Shown piece after piece: positions 24,766 through 31,879 of a stretch of DNA of 32,000 nucleotides. Position 1 is the stretch's first letter; the number at the start of each line of letters is the position of its first letter. Made by a program: the position numbers and the translations under genes. The notes under the pieces were generated by a model that ran no database searches, had not been told where the DNA came from, and saw only the letters and a program-made list of their open reading frames with translations. Source of the DNA: Chlamydiota bacterium (lineage in GTDB: Bacteria > Auribacterota > JACPWU01); contig JACPWU010000035.1 of NCBI GenBank assembly GCA_016196885.1, positions 1,328-33,327 on the forward strand, written 5' to 3'.

Positions 24766-25365
24766 TTATAAAGCCCTCCTGGCCTCTAAAGCCCTTGCCA
24801 AAGTCAATTCATCTGCGTAATCGAGGCCCATTCCCACGGGGAGACCATACGCAATGCGCGTCACAGAAATATTTTCTTCTTCTAGCAACTCCCCCAGATA
24901 AAGAGCCGTGGCCTCCCCCTCCACATCCGTTCCCGTAGCCAAAATGACCTCACGCACCTTGAGCTTGCGCACCCTTTCAAGCAAGCTCTCCACTTTTAAA
25001 TTCTCAGGACCCACGCCATCCAAGGGGGAAAGCTTTCCCATCAACACATGATACAGGCCGTGGAAACTCACAGATTTTTCAATCATCAACGCATCCTTGG
25101 CCTCCTCAATGACGCAAATCAATCCACGATCTCTTTTCTCGTCCTGACAAATCGAGCAAATCTCTTCCTCGGTAAAGAGATAACATTCTAAACAGGGACG
25201 GATTCTGGTTTTAGAGGTCACCAGCGTTTGAGCAAATTGTTGAGTTTTATTTAGGGGAGATTTTAATAAAAAAATCGCCATCCTCTCGGCCGTCTTCGTC
25301 CCAATCCCGGGAAAGAGTTTAAAGGCTTCAACCATATCTTGAAAAGCGTCTAGTTTGTATGTCAT
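24766..25365 (-). CDS. recR: Recombination protein RecR
   Basis: MTYKLDAFQDMVEAFKLFPGIGTKTAERMAIFLL is an HhH motif, as in RecR N-termini. A C4 zinc finger (CLECYLFTEEEICSIC) and a Toprim domain (VIEEAKD...ATGTDVEGEATA) follow. The ORF track adds 21 upstream codons from a GTG at 25428. Those codons only translate the heptamer array. Confidence 0.9.
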   Translation of the reverse strand: MTYKLDAFQDMVEAFKLFPGIGTKTAERMAIFLLKSPLNKTQQFAQTLVTSKTRIRPCLECYLFTEEEICSICQDEKRDRGLICVIEEAKDALMIEKSVSFHGLYHVLMGKLSPLDGVGPENLKVESLLERVRKLKVREVILATGTDVEGEATALYLGELLEEENISVTRIAYGLPVGMGLDYADELTLARALEARRAL

Positions 25366-25366
25366 A

Positions 25367-25453
25367 TCGTCGTTCGCCGTTCGTTGTTCGTCGTTCGTTG
25401 TTCGTCGTTCGTTGTTCGTCGTTCGCACTCGTTTTAACGAAATACGAACAACA
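25367..25453. repeat. Heptad hairpin H5, dnaX-recR spacer
   Basis: Eight tandem units lie at 25367-25422 (TCGTCGT TCGCCGT then (TCGTTGT TCGTCGT) x3). This gives a 14-nt superperiod. The complementary units ACGAAAT ACGAACA AC lie at 25437-25452. Confidence 0.85.
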
Positions 25454-25473
25454 GTATATGAGCGACTGCTTTT

Positions 25474-27246
25474 TCACCTTTTAATATCTGTAATCTTCCC
25501 TTCAAACATTGCCAACGCCTTCTGAATCACAGGATCATCTTGGATGGCAGAAGCAATATTTGAAAAAGAACCGGGAGCAGAAGATTCACCTTCTACCAAA
25601 GAATCTGCCTCTACCAATTCCAGAGAAATTTCTTTTCCCCCAAGCCGGCGCAACTCATCCTGAATCCACTTAAAATGATTTTCATTCTTCAAAGATTCTA
25701 AACAAAAACTTTTCGAAGGTGAAAAAGAAAGCCGCACCTGATTCATCTCAAAAGAAGGAAAGGCCTCTTTTAAATAAGCATGTAAAAGGGGTTTATGCTG
25801 AAATGCATTTTCTAAAAATTTTTTCCAAAGTTCAGGATTAAATTCACTTCTCTCACCCCTATCCGTCATTCCCGCAGGCTTCAACGAAGTAGCCCCAGAA
25901 AGGGGTAAGCGGGAATCCAGAGTTTTCGTACTTGAAATCAATGGATCCCCGACCACGATAGTGGCACCCTTCGGTGTTAAAGATTTCGGGGATGACGGGT
26001 CTGTAGATTTTTTGGCTTCATGATAAGACAAGTATTCTTCAGCTTGACTCACTGAACCGTTTTTTTTTCCGCCGTCGCGAGTCACTTCTTTAATTGGTTC
26101 TAAAGCCCCCTTCTCCAAAGACCCCACTTTTTCAATGAGATGCTCAAGGCTCACTGCCCGGCTGGTCAAATAAAGACGGACCGCCAAGGCCTCCAAGGTC
26201 ATCCGTTTCGAAAGGGAAAATTTCAAACGATCCTCTGCCTCTAAAGTCACATCTAACATTTGAAGCAATAAATCTCTCGCAAAAAATGAGATTTGATTTT
26301 TCAACTTTTGAATGTCTTCACTCGCAAGTTCAATCAAGTCTGAGCCCTGGTCATCCAGCTGTAGCATCAAAAGATCCCTGAAATGCGTCGCCAACTCACT
26401 GACAAAAAGAGTTAAATCCTTCCCCTCCCGGTCCATTTTTTGAATGGCCGAAAAAAGCCCTTTCCAATTTCCCTCCCTCAGCGCCTGAAAAAATACCATC
26501 ACCTCATCTCGAGAAATACATCCCAAAATCTGCAAGGCCTCTTCATATTTTAAAGTTCCACCCGAAAAAGAAACAAGCTGATCCAGCAAACTCTGGGCAT
26601 CTCTCAGGCTTCCATCCGCTACCTTGGCCACGGCAAAAAGGGTTGGGTCATCGGCCTTCCATTTTTCCTTTTTCACAATCCCTTTCAAGCAATCAAAAAT
26701 TTCCTGCGTCGAAATTTTTCTTAAACCGAAATGCTGGCACCTCGAAAGAATGGTTGTGGGAACACGATGGGCCTCCGTCGTCGCAAAGAAAAATTTCACA
26801 TGAGCGGGGGGCTCTTCCAATGTTTTCAAAAGCGCGTTGAACGCCTCCTGGGTAAGCATATGCACTTCATCAATGATGTAAATTTTAAAGGGGCTCGAGG
26901 CAGGTGAAAATTTCACATTGTCTCGGAGCTCTCGAATTTGATCAATCCCGCGGTTGGACGCCCCATCAATCTCCAAAACATCCAGGCTGGTTCCAGCGGA
27001 AATTTCCTGACAGTTAACACACTTGTCACAGGGGTCCGCCGTGGGGCCCTTTTTACAATTGAGCGCCTTGGCCAAAAGACGGGCAGTGGTTGTTTTCCCA
27101 ACCCCTCGCGGCCCACTGAAAAGATAGGCATGTGCAACGCGACCCATGGCAATGGCATTCCTCAAGGTGGTCATCACGTGATTCTGACCCACCACCTCTT
27201 CAAATTGCTGCGGCCGCCATTTTCGCGCCAAGACAAGATAGCTCAA
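25474..27246 (-). CDS. dnaX: DNA polymerase III subunits gamma/tau
   Basis: The gene has a TTG start with an AAGGAG RBS 10 nt upstream. MSYLVLARKWRPQQFEEVVGQ, Walker A GPRGVGKTT, a Zn module CDKCVNC, DEVHML and SRC motifs are present. An A9 run follows domain III (see the regulatory feature at 26060-26068). Confidence 0.95.
   Translation of the reverse strand: MSYLVLARKWRPQQFEEVVGQNHVMTTLRNAIAMGRVAHAYLFSGPRGVGKTTTARLLAKALNCKKGPTADPCDKCVNCQEISAGTSLDVLEIDGASNRGIDQIRELRDNVKFSPASSPFKIYIIDEVHMLTQEAFNALLKTLEEPPAHVKFFFATTEAHRVPTTILSRCQHFGLRKISTQEIFDCLKGIVKKEKWKADDPTLFAVAKVADGSLRDAQSLLDQLVSFSGGTLKYEEALQILGCISRDEVMVFFQALREGNWKGLFSAIQKMDREGKDLTLFVSELATHFRDLLMLQLDDQGSDLIELASEDIQKLKNQISFFARDLLLQMLDVTLEAEDRLKFSLSKRMTLEALAVRLYLTSRAVSLEHLIEKVGSLEKGALEPIKEVTRDGGKKNGSVSQAEEYLSYHEAKKSTDPSSPKSLTPKGATIVVGDPLISSTKTLDSRLPLSGATSLKPAGMTDRGERSEFNPELWKKFLENAFQHKPLLHAYLKEAFPSFEMNQVRLSFSPSKSFCLESLKNENHFKWIQDELRRLGGKEISLELVEADSLVEGESSAPGSFSNIASAIQDDPVIQKALAMFEGKITDIKR
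26060..26068 (-). promoter_or_regulatory. dnaX: A9 slippery run in dnaX (candidate frameshift / transcriptional-slippage site producing a gamma-like short product)
   Basis: The minus strand reads GGC GGA AAA AAA AAC GGT at codons 392-396 (of 590), just after clamp-loader domain III. The -1 frame reads AAA CGG TTC AGT GAG TCA AGC TGA, with its stop at 26039-26041. The +1 frame reads ACG GTT CAG TGA, with its stop at 26049-26051. Confidence 0.5.
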
Positions 27247-27309
27247 GTGTTTTTTCTCCTTTGACTAGCTTAACCTATTCTCACATCTTCAAGCAAGAAC
27301 GATCAAAAA

Positions 27310-28020
27310 TCAAAGGCCTGCAATCGCTAAAAAATTCCTAAAAAGAGTTTTGCCTACCTTGCCATATTCTTCCCTGAGAAAAGCAAAGTCGCGTCTTAAT
27401 TCGTCCTGATTCAATTCCAGTAAATCGGGATCCTCCTGAATCCAAAGTTCAAACATCTCAGGTGTTAATTCAAAATGCCCTTGAATCCCATAGGCTCTAT
27501 CTGCCACCTTTACAATTTGGTTCTGGCAAAATTTCCCTTTTCCCAAAAGCGTCATTTCTTTTGTTAACACCACTGCCTCTCCATGGAGATGGAAAATTGT
27601 AGACTGATCACTCAGACCTCTCAGCAAAGGATCTTTCTTCCCTTCAGAGGTCAACTCAACCTGAAAAATACCCCCTTGGGGATCCCTGAAACCTATTTCT
27701 TTGACCGGACTTTTAACCACTTGGCCTCCCGAGGCCTTCACCAAAACCTGAAGCCCCAGGCAAATACCCAAATAAGGAATTTTAAGATCGAGCGCTTCAC
27801 GAACTTTTGCCAATTCTATTTCCATTTTGGGTGTTTCATCATTCGCACTGTCAGGCCCTCCCAAAACCACCCAGGCAGAAAAATCACGGGGTGAAGGACA
27901 TGAAAGACCCCGATTCAAATCGATCAATTCGTAAGGGAGGGTCTTTTCTCTTAAAAGACCTTCAAGGATTCCTGGTCCTTCCCCTGTAGCGTTTTGAAGA
28001 ATTAAAATTTTAGGATTCAT
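27310..28020 (-). CDS. Class I glutamine amidotransferase-like protein (GuaA-N/GATase1 type)
   Basis: The 236-aa protein has VVLGGPDSAND, the nucleophile-elbow PYLGICLGLQVL, and FHLHGE / GIQGHFE His-Glu-type motifs. Confidence 0.75.
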   Translation of the reverse strand: MNPKILILQNATGEGPGILEGLLREKTLPYELIDLNRGLSCPSPRDFSAWVVLGGPDSANDETPKMEIELAKVREALDLKIPYLGICLGLQVLVKASGGQVVKSPVKEIGFRDPQGGIFQVELTSEGKKDPLLRGLSDQSTIFHLHGEAVVLTKEMTLLGKGKFCQNQIVKVADRAYGIQGHFELTPEMFELWIQEDPDLLELNQDELRRDFAFLREEYGKVGKTLFRNFLAIAGL

Positions 28021-28196
28021 TTCACTCCTGACAAAATTATGAAGAAGTCAGAATAGACCTCTTACAAGTCAGTTCATTAAGTTTTATCCATAAGTTTTGA
28101 CAGTACTAAGGATAAGGCGGATAGGAACTATAACCAGAAAGATTATCCATGTATAGTGGAATATAGCCTCCTTGGTAAACAGGGTTTACAATTGAA

Positions 28197-28272
28197 AAAA
28201 ATGAAGAGTTAAGAATGAAAAGTGAAAAATTCTAAAGGGAAGTTCATTCTTCATTTTTCACTTTTCACTTTT
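28197..28272. repeat. Heptad hairpin H7 in the divergent GATase/dusB spacer
   Basis: The left arm is AAAAATG AAGAGTT AAGAATG AAAAGTG AAAAATT (28197-28231). The loop is 28232-28244. The right arm is CATTCTT CATTTTT CACTTTT CACTTTT (28245-28272). Confidence 0.85.
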
Positions 28273-28290
28273 CCCTGCTATACTGTGCCC

Positions 28291-29295
28291 ATGATTCAGC
28301 TGAAGTCATTGACGCTCAAATCCAATATTATCCAGTCTCCCATGGCAGGTTGCACAGACCTGGCCTTTCGGCTTTTGGCCCGAGAAAAAGGAATGGAATT
28401 CGCATTTCTGGAAATGGTTTCGGCAGATGCCTTGATCCGAAAAAACGCCAAAACTTTTGATCTCATGAAAAGCGTTCCTGAAGATAGGCCCCTGGGAGCC
28501 CAATTGGTCGGTTGTGACCCGGACGTCATGGGGGAGGCGGCCGCCATGGTGGAAGAAATGGGTTTTGATTTACTAGACATCAATTGTGGCTGCCCCGTTC
28601 CCAAAGTCACAGCCCCAGGAGGGGGTTCTGCCCTTTTACTGCAGCCTGAAAAAACGAAAAAAATTTTTGAAAAGGTCGTGCAAAACATCCAGCGCATCCC
28701 GGTCACCGCCAAAATGAGAAAAGGGTACTCCGATCCCTCTGGAGAAGAAGCCGTTCACATCGCCAAAATCGCCGAAGACAGCGGACTTTCGGCCATCACC
28801 GTGCATGGTCGCACGCGCGCCCAAGGTTATACAGGCTCAGCTGATTGGGAAGCCATTGGAAAAGTGAAAAACGCCGTTCGCATTCCCGTCTTTGGAAATG
28901 GCGACGTGATCTCCGGGGAAGATGCTCAAAAACTCATTCAAGTGAGCGGCTGTGACGGCATCATGATTGGAAGAGGGGGGCTCGGAAACCCATGGATTTA
29001 CAAAGAAATCGAGGCCTTTTTAAATGAAACTGCAGTGCCTGCTGATCCCACGCTAGAGGAACAAAAACAAATGGCGCTCAGGCATTTGGACCTGGTCATT
29101 CACAATGAAGGCGAGAGAAGGGCCATTCTTCAATTCAGGAAAATCGGTGCTTGGTATTTTAAGGACTCACCCGGCATTGCCGATTTTAGAGGAACCATTC
29201 ACCAGACTGAAACTGCTTCAGGTATGAGAGAAGCTATTGAGAATTTTGGAGTTAAGAAGAATTTTTTTTTGATGGATCTGGAGGCAAAGTCTTAA
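28291..29295 (+). CDS. dusB: tRNA-dihydrouridine synthase
   Basis: IQSPMAGCTDLAFRLL, GAQLVG, DINCGCPVPKV, TAKMRKG, TVHGRTRAQGYTG.ADW and FGNGDV motifs are present. The ORF track start (GTG at 28222) merely translates the H7 hairpin. The ATG at 28291 (MIQLKSLTLKSNIIQSPMAG) matches Dus N-termini. Confidence 0.9.
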   Translation: MIQLKSLTLKSNIIQSPMAGCTDLAFRLLAREKGMEFAFLEMVSADALIRKNAKTFDLMKSVPEDRPLGAQLVGCDPDVMGEAAAMVEEMGFDLLDINCGCPVPKVTAPGGGSALLLQPEKTKKIFEKVVQNIQRIPVTAKMRKGYSDPSGEEAVHIAKIAEDSGLSAITVHGRTRAQGYTGSADWEAIGKVKNAVRIPVFGNGDVISGEDAQKLIQVSGCDGIMIGRGGLGNPWIYKEIEAFLNETAVPADPTLEEQKQMALRHLDLVIHNEGERRAILQFRKIGAWYFKDSPGIADFRGTIHQTETASGMREAIENFGVKKNFFLMDLEAKS

Positions 29296-29722
29296 GTCTA
29301 AAGACATCGCTTCGATCCACTTCACGCAGACTCTGGGACTTCAATAAAACCAGCCCTTCCCGGTCAAGATAGGGAATATCGAATCCTTCCAAAATATATT
29401 TGCGAATGTATTTTGCTAAATCTTGATAAGAAAAACCTGACATCTTCACAAAAACATCAAGCGGAAAATCTTCGATGATACGAATGGCCCCCTCTTCCTC
29501 TTTAAAATCTTGGATAGACAATTCTTGGAATCCTGAGGGAGAAAAAGATTTCAGAAAGAGAAAAAATCTTTCAACATTCTCGGATGCCCCATTTATCAAA
29601 ATATCTACGTCTTCTGTGGTGCGAACAAGCCCATTGAAGGCGCAAGCAATGCCACCCACAGTGATAAATTGAACATTCGCTTTAACGAGATCGACCAACA
29701 ATTTTTCGAAGAAATTCATCAT
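29252..29722 (-). CDS. Minimal nucleotidyltransferase-fold protein (MNT/DUF6036-like), copy 2
   Basis: FITVGGIACAFNGLVRTTEDVDILI and IPYLDREGLVLLKSQSLREVDRSDVFRLK align with copy 1 (13747-14208). By that alignment I prefer the start at the ATG at 29720-29722 (MMNFFEKLL). The ORF track start is 29770. The 3' end overlaps the dusB 3' end by 44 bp (convergent). Confidence 0.55.
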   Translation of the reverse strand: MMNFFEKLLVDLVKANVQFITVGGIACAFNGLVRTTEDVDILINGASENVERFFLFLKSFSPSGFQELSIQDFKEEEGAIRIIEDFPLDVFVKMSGFSYQDLAKYIRKYILEGFDIPYLDREGLVLLKSQSLREVDRSDVFRLKTLPPDPSKKNSS

Positions 29723-29864
29723 GTTTAAACGATGAGGACGGCCCTTGTCGAATTCTACGTAGGAATTCATTTAATTCCCACAAACGCTCCAAAGGTCTTT
29801 TTTGAACATTGCCTAAAACAACTTTTTTAATCACAAGTGACCCCCTACCCTTATCTTTAGCCAT
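29682..29864 (-). CDS. Possible degenerate small partner ORF of NTase copy 2
   Basis: 60-aa ORF. QKRPLERLWELNEFL weakly resembles SPQERVRLAESLYQEI of 13547-13753. Codons 2-15 of the long NTase frame (starting at 29770) read SYVEFDKGRPHRLN, which weakly resembles the SSFEEYEKWKARQKD tail of the copy-1 small protein. This suggests a frameshifted or fused remnant. The evidence is weak. Confidence 0.25.
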   Translation of the reverse strand: MAKDKGRGSLVIKKVVLGNVQKRPLERLWELNEFLRRIRQGPSSSFKHDEFLRKIVGRSR

Positions 29865-29927
29865 TGTATCATATATCCGAGAAAAACTAATTTTGTTCGT
29901 TTATCCTGTGGTATCATTCTTAAAATC

Positions 29928-31034
29928 ATGAGCGATTCTTTGAATCTCTACATTCACATTCCCTTCTGCCCCTTGAAATGCCCTTTTTGCGCATTTAAGA
30001 CGGGGGTTCATTCGGCTACAACACGCCAGGACTATGTTGAAAAGCTTTGTTTTGAAATAACTGAAAAATTGAGAACTCGAAAAAATCATAGATTGGTCAC
30101 TCTTTACATGGGGGGTGGGTCCAGCAACATGCTTTCGACTTCCCAAATTAAAAAAATTCTCGACACGGTTTTGCAATATGTTACACCTGAGAATAATTTT
30201 GAAGCTACTACCGAGATTCATCCTAAACTCATTTCAGAAAAAGACATTCGAGAAATGATAACAATGGGCTTTAATCGTTTCTCCATGGGCGTCCAGAGTT
30301 TTCAAGATCAAGAGCTAGACTTCTTGAAAAGAGGATATACGGGAGAAGAAGTTGAACATAGCATTGCCTTGATCAAAAAATGGGGCGTTGAAAATCTCAA
30401 TTTGGATTTTATTCTCGCGATTCCGGGCCAAACCTCTGAAAGCGTTTTTAATACACTCGAAAAGGCGCTGAGTTTTGAACCCTCTCATCTTTCTCATTAT
30501 CTTCTCTCTTGTGATGAAGGCAGCCAGTTCACACGAGAAAAAGAAAAAGGCGCTCTTTTAGAAATGGATGAAGAAGATAGTTCTTTGCTCTACGAAAAAA
30601 CATGTGATTTTCTAGAACAAAAAAATTTCATTCATTATGAAATTTCAAATTGGGCCCAGGCAGGTTCTGAATGCCGGCACCATTTGGCCTTCTGGTCTGG
30701 GAAACCTTATTTAGGAATGGGACTTTCCGCCACTTCTTTCGACGGTGAAAGTTATACTAAAAACACAAGCCTTCTCAAAAATTATTTAGAAAACCCTTTC
30801 TCACTTGAAGAAAAAATTTCCTGCCAGGGAGAAGCGTCCCAGAAAATCCGAAAAATCATTTTGGGGAGCCGAACCCATGAGGGACTTGTCAAAAATCTTT
30901 TTTCAGAAAATGAAATTCAAAAACTTTCCGAAGAAAATTTACTCACCCAAGAAAGCGACAAAATCCATCTCACCCGCAAAGGCTGGCTCCTGAATGATTA
31001 TGTGACTGAAAGATTGGTAGATGCACTTCTCTGA
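29928..31034 (+). CDS. hemW: Radical SAM heme chaperone HemW / HemN-like oxygen-independent coproporphyrinogen oxidase family
   Basis: LYIHIPFCPLKCPFCAF contains the CxxxCxxC radical-SAM cluster motif. YMGGGSSN, NRFSMGVQSF and a HemN_C-like C-terminus (YEISNWA...H...W) are also present. Confidence 0.85.
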   Translation: MSDSLNLYIHIPFCPLKCPFCAFKTGVHSATTRQDYVEKLCFEITEKLRTRKNHRLVTLYMGGGSSNMLSTSQIKKILDTVLQYVTPENNFEATTEIHPKLISEKDIREMITMGFNRFSMGVQSFQDQELDFLKRGYTGEEVEHSIALIKKWGVENLNLDFILAIPGQTSESVFNTLEKALSFEPSHLSHYLLSCDEGSQFTREKEKGALLEMDEEDSSLLYEKTCDFLEQKNFIHYEISNWAQAGSECRHHLAFWSGKPYLGMGLSATSFDGESYTKNTSLLKNYLENPFSLEEKISCQGEASQKIRKIILGSRTHEGLVKNLFSENEIQKLSEENLLTQESDKIHLTRKGWLLNDYVTERLVDALL

Positions 31035-31111
31035 AAAACATGTTATAAGTTGAGACTTCTGAAAAGTTTTATTTCGCAGGGATCCTAGCAGCATGAAAGG
31101 AGGAGTCTGTT

Positions 31112-31879
31112 ATGGAAGAATACAAACCAGAAATCATGTTAACCGATTTTCCGAAAATTCAGTGCCCCTTCATTCGACAGACTTTCAAAGTGGATCAGGA
31201 GCAGTGGAAAAAACACGGCTCTTCACTCAAATTACGTACACCAGAGGTGTATCTGGTTGTAAACCGCGTCAACCCTGACTATGAATGGGTTTTTGAGGAT
31301 CCAGAAACGATCGCGGTCGAGAAATTGGACGGCACCAATGTCAAGCTCTTCACTCAAAAGGGTCGCCTGATCGCCCTTCAAAATCGCAAGAATCCCATTG
31401 ACCCCCTTCAAATCATCAAAGGAAAATCATTCATTTTAGAAGCCATTTTTCAATCCATTGAAAAGGAGTACGTCAAAGAAGAGGGTGAGCAGGCCGGGGA
31501 GGTGATTGGCCCCAAGGTTCAAGGGAATCCTTATAAGCTGGATCTCCACGAGTGGTATCCCTTCGAGCGAGCCGTGGGTGTGCTGAGCTACAAGTCCTTT
31601 CACGAGCATGAGCGAAACTTCGATAATTGGAGCAGTTGGTTCAAGGATTATTTAATCTCACGCTATTTCACAAAACGGGCCTCAAAGTTGGGATTGAATG
31701 AACAGGTCTTTGCAGAAGGGGTTGTGTTTTACAACATGAAGCGAAGAGCCGAAGGCAAAACCTACATGGCCAAACTCCGTCGCGACATGTATGACTGGTT
31801 CTACTCTGACAAAATCCAAATCTTCAATTACGACAAAAAAGGCCGAGACGAGGTTGAGGATCAAGAAAAGTTTGATTGA
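31112..31879 (+). CDS. ATP-dependent RNA-ligase-like nucleotidyltransferase (RLIG1/C12orf29-DUF5565 or Rnl5-like)
   Basis: A strong AAAGGAGGAG RBS is present. Ligase motif I is VEKLDGTN (Lys codon at 31322-31324). The motif III-like element is GEVIGPKVQGNPY, motif IV is AEGVVFY and the motif V-like element is YMAKLRRD. The overall order resembles, from memory, human RLIG1 (EKVDGT ... ELIGTNINGNPY ... SWFED ... IEGIVWH ... IKVHR). Confidence 0.55.
   Translation: MEEYKPEIMLTDFPKIQCPFIRQTFKVDQEQWKKHGSSLKLRTPEVYLVVNRVNPDYEWVFEDPETIAVEKLDGTNVKLFTQKGRLIALQNRKNPIDPLQIIKGKSFILEAIFQSIEKEYVKEEGEQAGEVIGPKVQGNPYKLDLHEWYPFERAVGVLSYKSFHEHERNFDNWSSWFKDYLISRYFTKRASKLGLNEQVFAEGVVFYNMKRRAEGKTYMAKLRRDMYDWFYSDKIQIFNYDKKGRDEVEDQEKFD

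Noticed and set aside
25366-25428. 21-codon N-terminal extension of RecR (MRTTNNERRTTNDEQRTANDD)
   Set aside because: It starts at a GTG and is simply the heptamer array read in frame. RecR homologs begin at the position of the ATG at 25365.
1019-28272. Could the short tandem repeats or REP copies be CRISPR arrays?
   Set aside because: The units are 7 nt with no unique spacers. The REP copies are single, dispersed and internally palindromic. No cas genes are present.
28222-28290. GTG-initiated extension of dusB (MKNSKGKFILHFSLFTFPCYTVP)
   Set aside because: It is the translation of heptad hairpin H7. Dus homologs start near MIQLK...IQSPMAG.
29252-29295. 44-bp convergent overlap of the dusB and NTase copy 2 3' ends as a regulatory antisense device
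   Set aside because: The overlap is explained by a short, poorly conserved C-terminal tail (PPDPSKKNSS) on NTase copy 2. No structure or motif was seen in the overlap.
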